Virus record (IMG/VR): IMGVR_UViG_3300028534_000006
Span: 1-47,546 of that record
DNA length: 47,546 bases
Origin: a virus
Reading direction: 5' to 3' (one strand)
Notes under the pieces: model-generated
Told to the model about the DNA's origin: nothing
Database searches by the model: none
The model's input: the letters and a program-made list of their open reading frames with translations, nothing else
Shown here: positions 32,121-41,730 of the stretch, one piece after another
How the letters are laid out: every line of letters starts with the position of its first letter
Position numbering within the stretch: the first letter of the stretch is position 1
Made by a program: the position numbers and the translations under genes

Positions 32121-32390
32121 GCCACCACGAAAAATTTTTCATAGCTTTTTATTATAGGTAAGATTTTTCTTACCTGCCTCACTATAAATGCCACCGCAAA
32201 AAATTTTTCATAGCTTTTTATTATAGGTAAGATTTTCTACCTAACTCACTATAAATGCCACCAGCTGCTATTGCTTTTTATTATAGGTAAGGTTTTCTTA
32301 CCTAACACTATAAATAATAATGCAGTATATAAATATGTCACCACGAAAAATTTTTCATAGCTTTTTATTATAGGTAAGATTTTTCTTGCC
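32121..32390 (+). repeat. Four tandem direct repeats of about 67-80 bp. Each has GCCACC, an A5T5 palindrome, and an AGGTAAG-N6-CTTACCT hairpin.
   Basis: The units start at 32121, 32190, 32257 and 32337. The shared core is catagctttttattataggtaagatttttcttacct..cactataaat. Unit 3 lacks the gaaaaatttttc palindrome. Confidence 0.9.
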
Positions 32391-32568
32391 ATTTTTGTTT
32401 TTCATATAAATACTGTATATGTTTTTGTAGCGCAGTATTAAGTGCATAAGTAATAGTAGTATCAATACATTTACCTATAGCCATTTTACCATTACGTACG
32501 ACGTCTTTACGAATTAGGTAGGTAATAGGCAGCGTATATAATATTTTTCCGGTAATTTTAGAAAGTTT

Positions 32569-32684
32569 AAACTAAGTTTAAATATAAATTTTAATTTTAA
32601 GGCCAATTAGGCCTAGGCCCTATAAAACCCCTTAGTTGAGCTTAGTTTGGCCAATACGGGCCCATTTTGAAGTCCTATGGGCTA
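32569..32684. repeat. Copy C of the three-copy intergenic element (right half degenerate).
   Basis: Its left 54 bp are identical to copy B. It begins about 25 nt beyond the stop codon of the large terminase gene. Confidence 0.85.
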
Positions 32685-32709
32685 TATATAAATTTTTTTA
32701 TTATATCAA

Positions 32710-34332
32710 TTATATCCCACCTGCCCGTTTAAGTCGTCGACGGCGTGCCTCTATAGTTTTACGACGTTGTTTTATGCTAGCATTGCTTTTTTCCGAAGTA
32801 TCGATTACTTTACGCTTTTTAGTATGCTTGAGCCCCATTACACCAGTTCTTAGAGCATCAGCCATATGCGACCAAAAGTTGTGCTTTGGTGTAGTTTTTG
32901 CTAGTTGTAGTTTTTCGTCCCATTCCTTCACATAGTTGATGAGCATTTTACGCACCATTGTACAACTCTCATCAATTTGTGTGACTGGTAAGTACTGTCT
33001 GACTCTGTCGATACCGTCCATAAGGCCAGATCTCTTCACTACTTCTACGCGGAAACCTTCCTCTATAAATGCCTGCTTCCTGGTTTTCTTGTCATTTAGC
33101 GAGCGGACCATAGCATCGTGTGGTAAGTACACCTTCTCAATTTCCCATTCTCGACGACGCATAAGATCACAATAATAAGGAATAGCCTCGTCTGAGGCGT
33201 AATCTTCGCCGATAATACGCAAGTCATCACCTACTTCTTGTAGGTAAACAACACAAAATAGGTCTGTTTCTGAGATGCCCAAGTCAACAGCAGCGTAGAC
33301 AGGCAGCGCTGGCTCATAAAGCCCCTTAACAATGCCACCGCGCTGCTCAATAAAGTGGAGGTACTTGGCGTAAAACGATAGTTCGAGGGCTGCTTGGAAG
33401 GCCTCATCGGCGGTAGTTGGGTACTCTTTTGTAATTCGTGGCCCCAATCTACGCTTCTTGGCAATGTAGAAGTTTTTCTTGCGTTGATCGGTGATGCCGT
33501 GCCGTATAAAATATAACTCCTCCTCCTTGGTGCAAGGCTGATACACGTCGTTGACGCAGTCTGGGTCGTCAACCCACGATAAAAATATAGGCAAAAAATC
33601 TTCAGGTGAGCGCTGCTCATCAGGTATACTTGTGGCCTCATCCCACATAGCCTTAAATTTATCTTCGCCTTCAGCTGTTGACTCAATACAAATATTATTA
33701 CCGCGCCGTGGGGCGCATGCCTCTAGTGAGCCAGATATAATCTCATGGGCTTTGTCCGGATACTTACTTGCCGTCTTACCAAATTCAGATACGTGGAGGT
33801 CGTGCAGAGTGGCAGATCTGAACGACGTACGAATGTAAATATTACTATCATTGCTAAATGCCTGCTTGGTGGTGCTATCGGCAACACGCTCAAGGCCACC
33901 CAAAGCGTACATTTTGTAGTTGTCGTCCAAATTTTCCCATAATCTCTTGACGCGTTCAAGCAGTGTGGCTGATTCCTCACGGCCTTGGGCCTGCATACCA
34001 ACAGTGAAGTGCGGTATGTGTATGGCATCATCAAAGTAGTCAACTAAATAGTACGTGCTTATACCACGCTGGCGCGATTTGAGGATTAGCTGGCGGCCAT
34101 GTGTCTGGCGCTTACTGTACACCTCTAGTTGGGCTTCATTCATAATAAATGGGACGAGCTGACCCTCTTTATTAACAACTTTGTACAGATTATTTAGGCG
34201 CCACAACTTACTTGGAGCATAATTTTTGAGCATGTCATCAAAATTATCAGGCTCAGTGTAAAAAACCCACAAATAATCTTTTACTTGCGGCACTAGCTCA
34301 ACTAGTCGATCTTGTGAGACGCTCATAGCCAT
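32710..34332 (-). CDS. terL: Terminase large subunit.
   Basis: Walker A-like LILKSRQRGIST and Walker B-like LHDLHVSEFG. C-terminal RNaseH-like nuclease motifs AAVDLGISETD and VYLPHDA. The ATG at 34332 lies 1 nt after the terS stop. The track start at 34404 would overlap terS by 71 nt. Confidence 0.85.
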   Translation of the reverse strand: MAMSVSQDRLVELVPQVKDYLWVFYTEPDNFDDMLKNYAPSKLWRLNNLYKVVNKEGQLVPFIMNEAQLEVYSKRQTHGRQLILKSRQRGISTYYLVDYFDDAIHIPHFTVGMQAQGREESATLLERVKRLWENLDDNYKMYALGGLERVADSTTKQAFSNDSNIYIRTSFRSATLHDLHVSEFGKTASKYPDKAHEIISGSLEACAPRRGNNICIESTAEGEDKFKAMWDEATSIPDEQRSPEDFLPIFLSWVDDPDCVNDVYQPCTKEEELYFIRHGITDQRKKNFYIAKKRRLGPRITKEYPTTADEAFQAALELSFYAKYLHFIEQRGGIVKGLYEPALPVYAAVDLGISETDLFCVVYLQEVGDDLRIIGEDYASDEAIPYYCDLMRRREWEIEKVYLPHDAMVRSLNDKKTRKQAFIEEGFRVEVVKRSGLMDGIDRVRQYLPVTQIDESCTMVRKMLINYVKEWDEKLQLAKTTPKHNFWSHMADALRTGVMGLKHTKKRKVIDTSEKSNASIKQRRKTIEARRRRLKRAGGI

Positions 34333-34333
34333 A

Positions 34334-34789
34334 TTAAACTCTTTGTGAGGTAATGGCAGGCATACTTGTGAAGTTATTAACCTGTACTTGTGGGCCTGTG
34401 GCAAACATAGCCTTGCGCATCATAACAAAACCTTGTATTATTGTGAGCATCTCAACAGCACTATCACAGTTACTTACTTGTACAGCAAGCTTATTGATGA
34501 TATCATTTGCCAAACGCTGCATATTCTCATCAAGGCGCTGTAGGCCATGTAGTTCCTCGACGAAATCAACACCAAGCTTCTCAGCGGCATTAATTAACTC
34601 TTTATTTTTTACAAGTTTATCGACAGCTCTGTCTATGTCTGCTTCTACTTGTGTGTCCAAACTAGCCAATTCGTCATAACGAGTAGGTGTGATACCGTAC
34701 TTGTCAATAACAAATTGCCGTGGTGTGCCTTTTTGTATGGCGGCAATAATTGCCATATCTTCACGTGTAAATGGTTTTTTCTTTGCCAT
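34334..34789 (-). CDS. Terminase small subunit (putative).
   Basis: It lies directly upstream of terL. N-terminal HTH-like segment FTREDMAIIAAIQKGTPRQFVIDKYGITPTRY. The ATG at 34789 follows GAGG. Confidence 0.55.
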   Translation of the reverse strand: MAKKKPFTREDMAIIAAIQKGTPRQFVIDKYGITPTRYDELASLDTQVEADIDRAVDKLVKNKELINAAEKLGVDFVEELHGLQRLDENMQRLANDIINKLAVQVSNCDSAVEMLTIIQGFVMMRKAMFATGPQVQVNNFTSMPAITSQRV

Positions 34790-34897
34790 ATCTACCTCAT
34801 CATGCATTAGAATATAAAACATTATATAGCAATACTTGTCAAGCTTACTTTAAATATAAATTTTAATAATATAATTTAATATTCGTTTAAGCTAATT

Positions 34898-34928
34898 TAA
34901 TGTTAGTTTAAGCGATTTATGGTATAAT
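34898..34928 (+). promoter_or_regulatory. Phage-consensus promoter (TAATGTTAGTTTAAGC-N6-TGGTATAAT) for the late/structural block.
   Basis: About 30 nt upstream of the ATG at 34960. A second CGTTTAAGC half-motif lies at 34884-34892. Confidence 0.7.
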
Positions 34929-34959
34929 ATAACTATTAGTTTATACAAAGGGATAGTAT

Positions 34960-35505
34960 ATGGACGCAGAAGAGGCATTGAAAGCAGTACAGGCGGCGCA
35001 TAAAGCACTACATGATACAAAAGCATACGCAACGAAACTTGCGCAAGAACTAGCAGCTAAAAACGCTGAAATCGAGGTTTTTGAGACGGTAGGCGTGAAG
35101 GTGCCAAAAGAGATTGATGCGCTCAAGGAGTCCGACCCTGAGAAGTACGCGACTGAACTAGAGAAGTATAAGCAGAAATTGGAGCAAGAGCGACAAAAGA
35201 AAGCTGATGAGGCAAAAGCACAGGCATTAAAACAGATGCTGAATGACGCAGCACAAAATGCAGGCTTAAAAGATGACTTGACAAAACTAGTGCCGCCAGT
35301 AGTGATTGAGCAATATGAGAGTGGTAAAATAGATGCGACAAGAGTAGTTGAACTAGCACAACAATATGAGAAGGCCGCAAAGTCGGTGACGTCTCCTACT
35401 ACTACGGAAGAGTTTGATTTAACCACCGTAGCAGGGGCAGATTTTGTGCCTTCGCAAAAACGCGAGGCTGATGAAACTTTAAATCCTAGAGACTATATTC
35501 TCTAA
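34960..35505 (+). CDS. Scaffolding protein (putative).
   Basis: 181 aa, highly helical and charged (Ala/Glu/Lys-rich), directly upstream of the major capsid gene. Confidence 0.55.
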   Translation: MDAEEALKAVQAAHKALHDTKAYATKLAQELAAKNAEIEVFETVGVKVPKEIDALKESDPEKYATELEKYKQKLEQERQKKADEAKAQALKQMLNDAAQNAGLKDDLTKLVPPVVIEQYESGKIDATRVVELAQQYEKAAKSVTSPTTTEEFDLTTVAGADFVPSQKREADETLNPRDYIL

Positions 35506-35523
35506 GTATAAACAGGAGCAACA

Positions 35524-36684
35524 ATGGATAGATTTAGTGGGCAGACTGGCGTTATTCCATATAAGAATAAACTCGCCAGACAAAAGTGGTTGCGCGAAGG
35601 TATCACTCCAATTATGGAGCAGAGCTTTTGGGCAGCTTACATTGGTAATGATAAAAATGCGGCAGTATATCAAGCGGCAGACTTTTCTGCAGGCGATGGG
35701 CATACAGTAGTTTTTGACTTTGACGGTTTCCTTTCAAATGAAGGCCGTAGAGGTAAAGAGCAGGCATACGGATACGGTGAAACTAAGAAAAAATTCTCAA
35801 GCATGATCACAATTGAGCGCGGTAGATACGTAGTTCATAACGGTGATGAGTTTGACCTTGAGAATATTGATGCAATTGACCTTGCACAACACAGTGACTC
35901 AGTACGTAAACTAGGTGAGCTTTGGACTAAGAATAAAAACCAGCGTATTTTTGATATTGCGCAAGGGTTTGCTGACGGTAAAGAACCTACGCATATTTGG
36001 AGACCAAACAAAAGAAGTACACTTGCAGATCTAACAGATACAGATGTACTTACAGTAGATGTACTTACTGAGATCGAACTTACTTGCCGTACAGGACAAG
36101 GCTTCGCAGTTGGTAGAGATAGAATGCCACTTATTCCAGTATCTGGTAACTATGGTGGGCGCTATACTATGATTATCGACGCTTACCAAGAAGCACAGCT
36201 AAGAAAGGATGCTGAGTGGAAAGATATTATGAAACATGCCGACGTGCGCGGGCAAAAGAACAGACTCATTCAAGGATATATCGGGTCTATTGGACTACTT
36301 GACATTGTGACGGCGCCATCATTTTACGGTTCAAGTTCAAGTAAAGCACAATACAAAACTTCTGTTATTGCGTCTGGCATGAGAATGCTTAACTCACGAG
36401 GTGTGTACCAAGGTGAGAAGACATTTACGCTAGAAGGTGAGAAGCAAATCAGTAGAGCTATCGTACTTGGGCAGTCGGCAATTCAATTAGCCAGTGGTAA
36501 ATCACCTGATTTCAAGCTACAAGAGTCTGAAGATTTCGGAATTGACTCTGAGAGCGCAATCATTGTTTATAGCAATGGCCAAAAAACACAACTCGAAGCA
36601 GAAACAGAAGATTACCAAGGGCAAGCGGCACTTACTGGTATAGATTTTGGTATGTTCGTAGTTGATACGTACATTGCAGGGTAA
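35524..36684 (+). CDS. Major capsid protein (N4 gp56-like / DUF4043-type).
   Basis: 386 aa. GDGHTVVFDFDGFLSNEGRRGKEQAYGYGE...ITIERGRYVV fits my recollection of the G-D-x-I-x-F...L-x-G-x-G...G-x-E-E...R-H-A pattern of this capsid family. RBS AGGAG. Confidence 0.65.
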   Translation: MDRFSGQTGVIPYKNKLARQKWLREGITPIMEQSFWAAYIGNDKNAAVYQAADFSAGDGHTVVFDFDGFLSNEGRRGKEQAYGYGETKKKFSSMITIERGRYVVHNGDEFDLENIDAIDLAQHSDSVRKLGELWTKNKNQRIFDIAQGFADGKEPTHIWRPNKRSTLADLTDTDVLTVDVLTEIELTCRTGQGFAVGRDRMPLIPVSGNYGGRYTMIIDAYQEAQLRKDAEWKDIMKHADVRGQKNRLIQGYIGSIGLLDIVTAPSFYGSSSSKAQYKTSVIASGMRMLNSRGVYQGEKTFTLEGEKQISRAIVLGQSAIQLASGKSPDFKLQESEDFGIDSESAIIVYSNGQKTQLEAETEDYQGQAALTGIDFGMFVVDTYIAG

Positions 36685-36693
36685 GGAGATAAA

Positions 36694-37137
36694 ATGGCAA
36701 GACAAATCGTAGACCAAACTCAGCTTTCTTATATGCTGAGAAACGACAAAAAGAACCAGCAAACGCATTTGGTGGCCACATTGGCAGCTAAAATGCCTAA
36801 TGGTAGAGAGTACACAGCTACAGGTGTACAGTATCCAACAGCCCTCATCCCTGAGAAAACAGTGGTTGGTACAGTGTATCCAGTGATAGTAGAAGCATTT
36901 GACGCAGGTGCTACTTTTGATATCGGAACTAAAGCAGACCCTAAGTGTTTTGCTGAGGGCGTCGACGGCTCAGCAGTTACAACAGCTGTAAATGCGGTGG
37001 AATACAACAAGTATTTTGAAGTAGACACAGAAATTATTATTACCCCTACTTATGCAGGTGATAATGAAACTGGTCGCATCTCTGTCATGTTCGAATTGTA
37101 TGAACTTGAGGCAAGCATTGGTAGATACACACGATAG
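36694..37137 (+). CDS. Virion protein of unknown function (147 aa), possibly a capsid accessory protein.
   Basis: RBS AAGGAG. It lies directly after the capsid gene. Confidence 0.6.
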   Translation: MARQIVDQTQLSYMLRNDKKNQQTHLVATLAAKMPNGREYTATGVQYPTALIPEKTVVGTVYPVIVEAFDAGATFDIGTKADPKCFAEGVDGSAVTTAVNAVEYNKYFEVDTEIIITPTYAGDNETGRISVMFELYELEASIGRYTR

Positions 37138-37161
37138 TGTGTCTGCCTATAAAGGATTAAT

Positions 37162-37557
37162 ATGGCAAAAGTAATTTTACCAGCTTCACTTGCACTACTT
37201 TATTACAGAGGTGTCAACTTTACTACTCGTATGGTGTCACCACCTGTTGAATTGAAAGATGACACTGTGTATATTTTGCCTTTTAAAGATGCAAAAAAGC
37301 TACAAAACAATAATTTAGGTGTTATTGTAGATAGTGTTGATCTGCAAGAAGTAGAAATTGATGTTGAAGTAGAGCCGAATGAGAATACATCTGTACTTCA
37401 AATCACTAGAAAACCTCCTATTAAAAAAGAGGCAGCTGACACAGGCCATACTTTAAATGCAGAGTTAGATAATGTGTTTGGAAATGATGGTGGAGATGAA
37501 GTATTTGGAGATGACGGCGATTTTGTTCAACCACCAGAAACGAGCTTATTCGACTAA
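37162..37557 (+). CDS. Hypothetical structural-module protein (131 aa, acidic C-terminus).
   Basis: ORF with RBS AAAGGA. ATGA-type coupling to the next gene. Confidence 0.6.
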   Translation: MAKVILPASLALLYYRGVNFTTRMVSPPVELKDDTVYILPFKDAKKLQNNNLGVIVDSVDLQEVEIDVEVEPNENTSVLQITRKPPIKKEAADTGHTLNAELDNVFGNDGGDEVFGDDGDFVQPPETSLFD

Positions 37558-38354
37558 TGAAAGTACAAGATTTATTCGTAGGGTCTAGCGAGCTTCGTTA
37601 CGCCCTGCGCGATTCGCTGAAGACTCGTTACAGTGATAGTATGTTATTGGCTTTTTTCAATAGGGCTGCTAAAGCTATTGCGCGGGATACTCTATACTTT
37701 CATGGCATGTTTGAGATTAGAGTTGTAGCTGGACAAGCACGGTATAAGTTAGATAGACGTATATTAAAAGTATTTCAGGCGTATACTGAGCATTGTACAT
37801 ATAATTTACTATCACCTAGTAAGCCAGTTTGCACAAAGCGTGCAGGCTATAAAATACGTAAAATTATGCCTAGTTATGGGCAAACTAAGGAAATAATTGT
37901 ATATCCAGTGCTTAGTGAGATACCAAATGTAAATGCAACTTTTGATGGTATAGTTATTGATAATGATGTGACAGACACTACTATACCTACTTTTGGCGTA
38001 ACTTTGCAAATTGGCGACGACGGTAATATACTACCTATTATTGCAGCCTATGATAATTATATACCAGTGGCGCTGCTTTGTGCCTATGAACCTGACGATT
38101 TTGAGTTAGATAGTGATGTGCCAGACGCTGTCATAGATGTACTAGAGGCTATAAAATTATATATAGTACATATAGTAAATTCACAGAGCGGTATACAGCA
38201 GGCTGATAGAATTAGTAAAGACGCTCTAAGCGAGTATGCAATGCTAGCGGCTAAGTACAAAAAATTGGTTACTAGTAAGTTTATGAAAGTGCCATATACC
38301 GTTCAATATAGAACACCATTTAGTAGGCCTCAGCCTATAGAGAAGGATTTTTAA
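37557..38354 (+). CDS. Structural-module protein (265 aa), possibly a head-tail adaptor.
   Basis: The assignment rests on its position and on translational coupling on both sides. No motif recognised. Confidence 0.5.
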   Translation: MKVQDLFVGSSELRYALRDSLKTRYSDSMLLAFFNRAAKAIARDTLYFHGMFEIRVVAGQARYKLDRRILKVFQAYTEHCTYNLLSPSKPVCTKRAGYKIRKIMPSYGQTKEIIVYPVLSEIPNVNATFDGIVIDNDVTDTTIPTFGVTLQIGDDGNILPIIAAYDNYIPVALLCAYEPDDFELDSDVPDAVIDVLEAIKLYIVHIVNSQSGIQQADRISKDALSEYAMLAAKYKKLVTSKFMKVPYTVQYRTPFSRPQPIEKDF

Positions 38355-39523
38355 TGGCTATAGTCACTGGACGTCTTGGACTAGAAGATTTATTATGGGG
38401 TGAAGGTACTGTAACACAAGACCTTGGTAATGGCCTTAGCAGAACTGTATCAAAAATTAATGCAAAAAATTTACCGTTTGATGAAACTAAAACTCTAGCT
38501 GAGGCAATAGATACGGCTTTAGCTGTATTTAATACTACTGACATAAAATACTTTATTGATAATTTACCTGCAGTATTACAGGTAGCTGAAGTATTGGCTA
38601 AGATAAAGGCTATGGATTTATCAGATATAGCAAGTGTGGCAGATGCTTTGCCTATGCTACAGCTTGTAGCAAATAATATACACGTTATAAATAATGCTAT
38701 AACTGCAAGTCTTGAAGCTAAGCAGGCTGCAGCTGATGCTAAATACTTGCGCTGCGATATTCAGAATCAGCTAGATATAGCCAATATGCACGCTGTGAGA
38801 ATAGAGTATATTTATAATGATAAACTTATACCATTACAAGATAGTATAAATAATTTACTAGAAGTTGCACAAGGTCTAGTAGCTACTGCTAGGGACCAAG
38901 TAATAGCAGGCCACGAATTAGCTGTAAAATTTGCTACTTATGACTTAAAATTGCAAGTTGTACCTACTTGTAGAACGCCGTCTATACGTATTGATGACAC
39001 AGCTAAAGCTGTAGTGTGGAGTATACCAAGGCCAATGTGTGCAGTAGCAATAGACGAGTTACCAGACACTGTAGTACGCGACGCAGTAGATAGTTATTTA
39101 GCAACACTGCCTAATTTAGGCGGCGGTTTTGATGAACCTGTAACAGTTGATGATCTTGAACCTGCAAATACTGTGTCACTTGATTTTAGTATTGCTATAA
39201 ATGAAAATACGTTGTCTTACATTGATGAAACAAAACCTGTTATGATGTATGATATTGATGGTGTGAGAAATGATATATATCTAAGTGATCTGACACTTGT
39301 GAATGTGCTTGATTCTGATAAATATTACTCTATTCATCTTGAACTTCCTAATTCAGTTACGCAGCAGAGATTCTATATAGGTGACGATGCACCATATTAC
39401 ATTACTGATGTAACTTTTGATCCACTCAATGAGCCTGATGATGCGTGGGATTCAGTTGATTTCTATGTAGCTGTAAGTAATGATTATGATAAATTTGTTA
39501 GCTTCAGACTGGAGACACCATAA
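38354..39523 (+). CDS. Structural-module protein (389 aa).
   Basis: Translationally coupled ORF. The C-terminal third (from about 39100) changes codon style. Confidence 0.55.
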   Translation: MAIVTGRLGLEDLLWGEGTVTQDLGNGLSRTVSKINAKNLPFDETKTLAEAIDTALAVFNTTDIKYFIDNLPAVLQVAEVLAKIKAMDLSDIASVADALPMLQLVANNIHVINNAITASLEAKQAAADAKYLRCDIQNQLDIANMHAVRIEYIYNDKLIPLQDSINNLLEVAQGLVATARDQVIAGHELAVKFATYDLKLQVVPTCRTPSIRIDDTAKAVVWSIPRPMCAVAIDELPDTVVRDAVDSYLATLPNLGGGFDEPVTVDDLEPANTVSLDFSIAINENTLSYIDETKPVMMYDIDGVRNDIYLSDLTLVNVLDSDKYYSIHLELPNSVTQQRFYIGDDAPYYITDVTFDPLNEPDDAWDSVDFYVAVSNDYDKFVSFRLETP

Positions 39524-41385
39524 TGACAAAAGAGCAGAAAATTGAATACTATAATGTAATAAAACAAGGATTTCAAAGAGCGTTTAAGCTTGATGATATG
39601 GCAACAAAAGCTGATCTAGCAAATGCGGTAGCTGCACTTAAGGGTGGTGATCTGCCTGAAAATGCAGATACTTTAAAGGAGCTTGCTGATTTAATATTGC
39701 AGTCAAATGGTTCTGTTGATACAGATACAGTAAATCAACTGATTGAAGATTATATTGCAAATAATAATATTTCTGATAAAGCATATGTTGATGCAAGTTC
39801 TGCTACAGCTATTGAAACAATAAGAGATGGTGTTGACACAGAATATGATACTTTAAAAAAGATTGCGGGGTATATTACAAGTGCTTCAGGTTTTGTGATT
39901 GTTCACAAAGAATACGATACTGTTGTTTCACTAACTCAGGTTGAAGAGCTCATCAATCAGAAAATATCTGAAGTGCAACCTGTATTCCAGCCTGTTAAGA
40001 CAGTATATGTTCCAATCTCAGGTGATCGCCCTAAAATATCAGGAGAATACAATACTTCAGAATTTGTATCAGGAGTAAATGATAGCTATAAGATTGCATT
40101 TGCCCCTGAAGGTAAACTTGTATTTTATACAAAAAATACAGGTGGAGAGGCAGCAGATACGCTGGTTGTTGCAAATATCAATACAGGGGATGTGCTACAA
40201 GAGATAAAAATTGATGATTATGGTGCAAATAAGAATAGTCCATATTATAATAAAAATATAATAGGCATTGCTTGTGGGTCAACAGGAACAAGAGTACAAA
40301 TTATTCTTGGTCTTGCGTATAGTTCGTATTCATATGTATTCCGGCTTGGATTTATGACATTTGAAAAAAATGAAAATGGAGTATTTGAGAAAACACAGTA
40401 CAGTATCTTGTCTCCAGTTGATAATGACAGATACTACAATTATAATACAATAAAATCAGATTATACAAATACAACACTTTTAGTTGGAACCACCAGACAT
40501 GACTATAGCGATAGTTCAAAATATAATTATTTTGCAATCATGCATCTTGATGACTTTGGAACATGGGTAAAAACATATGAAGCAAGACAACAGGATAGCA
40601 TGATACGTGTTGAAACAAATCTTGGATACATCAATATTATTCAAAATGCTATATCTTCTGATGGAACATATATGTTATGCAGAAAATATGATAGTAGCTA
40701 TTCAGCTATATGGGTTAAAGTACCACTTAATAATGGTGTCCCTGATTTTAATAATTGTAACGAGTCATTTCCAATAGAGATACAATCTGACGTATCATAT
40801 CCAAGCTTGTATGCAGGAGTACTTGAAACAACAAGACTATCAGCTGATAATTCAGCATTATATATTGACGGCTATAACGGGTATATTTATCAATATCTAC
40901 TAAATGCTGATAAAACAAACTATGAATTTTATAAAAAATTTGCAAGAAGTAGAGTTGCGCTTGGGTTGTCTCTTGACGGTAAACAGCTTATGCTGGCTGA
41001 TAGTTCAGGATGGACTATATATACAGATATAGATACTAGCACTACAGTATCTATAAATGCACCTGTAACTATAAATCAAGGCCTGGAACCACATTATATT
41101 CCTGTTGATATAACATTAAGTAAAGCATTCACAGTTGATACTGACATAGTGTTTAGCGTTATTCCGCAGAGTCAAGTAAATGCTAATGGTGACATGCCTG
41201 TAGTTGACACAACTATTACATTTCCTGCAGGTGTTACGGCAGTTACATCTGTTAACCTAGAGCATGCAGCTATAAACATAGGGTACGTGGTTAATTTTGA
41301 CATTAAAGTGTCAACTGCTAACACTACACCTATTGCTACAGATACTAGTACTGTACTTGCTACGGTAGAAATTACAAATACATAA
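39523..41385 (+). CDS. Tail fibre / receptor-binding protein candidate (620 aa).
   Basis: The N-terminal segment KADLANAVAALKGGDLPENADTLKELADLI resembles common tail-fibre N-terminal repeats. The rest is beta-rich and Asn/Ser/Thr/Tyr-rich. Confidence 0.45.
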   Translation: MTKEQKIEYYNVIKQGFQRAFKLDDMATKADLANAVAALKGGDLPENADTLKELADLILQSNGSVDTDTVNQLIEDYIANNNISDKAYVDASSATAIETIRDGVDTEYDTLKKIAGYITSASGFVIVHKEYDTVVSLTQVEELINQKISEVQPVFQPVKTVYVPISGDRPKISGEYNTSEFVSGVNDSYKIAFAPEGKLVFYTKNTGGEAADTLVVANINTGDVLQEIKIDDYGANKNSPYYNKNIIGIACGSTGTRVQIILGLAYSSYSYVFRLGFMTFEKNENGVFEKTQYSILSPVDNDRYYNYNTIKSDYTNTTLLVGTTRHDYSDSSKYNYFAIMHLDDFGTWVKTYEARQQDSMIRVETNLGYINIIQNAISSDGTYMLCRKYDSSYSAIWVKVPLNNGVPDFNNCNESFPIEIQSDVSYPSLYAGVLETTRLSADNSALYIDGYNGYIYQYLLNADKTNYEFYKKFARSRVALGLSLDGKQLMLADSSGWTIYTDIDTSTTVSINAPVTINQGLEPHYIPVDITLSKAFTVDTDIVFSVIPQSQVNANGDMPVVDTTITFPAGVTAVTSVNLEHAAINIGYVVNFDIKVSTANTTPIATDTSTVLATVEITNT

Positions 41386-41393
41386 GGCGTATA

Positions 41394-41720
41394 ATGGCTA
41401 ATTTAGTAGTACAAGACATAGATAAGATAGCGGTTGAGCAGCTGTTACTTGGTGATAAAGTAGTACAAATATCAGATTGTGATGGTAATATAGTAGATGT
41501 ACATGGCTTACTAGCTAATGATTTAGTAGTTAAAACCATTGATGGTACACTAATACCGCTACCGCAATATGTACGTCAGTATGCTGGTGATTCACCAGAT
41601 GTTACAGATGGCACAGTAACACTTAATGATGGTTCTACGGTAACATTAAAAGAGATTGCTGAGGCTGTAGGTGATGTAGAGTTCACATTAGCGGAGTTAG
41701 AAGCAAAATATAATAATTAA
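41394..41720 (+). CDS. Small tail-module protein (108 aa), paralogue of 44846-45088.
   Basis: Shared block LLLG(D/N)KV...GLLANDLVV.T.DGT..PL..Y..Q. Confidence 0.65.
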   Translation: MANLVVQDIDKIAVEQLLLGDKVVQISDCDGNIVDVHGLLANDLVVKTIDGTLIPLPQYVRQYAGDSPDVTDGTVTLNDGSTVTLKEIAEAVGDVEFTLAELEAKYNN

Positions 41721-41730
41721 GGAGATTTAA

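Noticed and set aside
32121-32390. The four tandem repeats could be a CRISPR array or solitary CRISPR-repeat mimic.
   Set aside because: The units abut each other without unique spacers, the period is irregular (69, 67 and 80 bp), and no cas genes are present. I do not recognise the hairpin as any known CRISPR repeat family. I therefore report them as generic tandem repeats.
32368-32484. 38-codon minus-strand ORF (MAIGKCIDTTITYALNTALQKHIQYLYEKQKWQEKSYL) ending inside repeat unit 4.
   Set aside because: Its codon style looks gene-like, but it has no convincing RBS or promoter. Its 3' end is simply the repeat sequence. It is not supported well enough to annotate.
33231-34043. Nested ORFs inside terL (33231-33686 and 33723-34043 on the minus strand in other frames, and 33551-33838 and 33745-33942 on the plus strand).
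   Set aside because: They overlap a gene with clear terminase motifs and have no start context. Their composition is consistent with out-of-frame or antisense reading.
21700-34845. The recurrent TTGTCAAG/CTTGACAA octamer (31105, 31592 as reverse complement, 34837, 27387, 21706 as reverse complement, and a near-copy at 29721) as a dedicated operator.
   Set aside because: There are only a handful of copies, and some lie inside coding regions. The motif contains the generic TTGACA -35 hexamer. Without a count against background expectation I cannot claim enrichment. Only the perfect 16-bp inverted repeat is reported.
34941-35426. 161-aa minus-strand ORF antisense to the scaffold gene.
   Set aside because: It has a low-complexity Ser/Ala/Cys/Phe-rich translation and lies entirely inside a well-supported plus-strand gene. 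It has no RBS or promoter. It is a typical shadow ORF of an Ala/Glu/Lys-rich gene.
39583-39602. GTTTAAGC-N4-TGATATGG inside the fibre gene as an internal promoter.
   Set aside because: The spacing is wrong (4 nt instead of 6-7), the -10 is poor, and it lies within coding sequence. It is probably a chance partial match.
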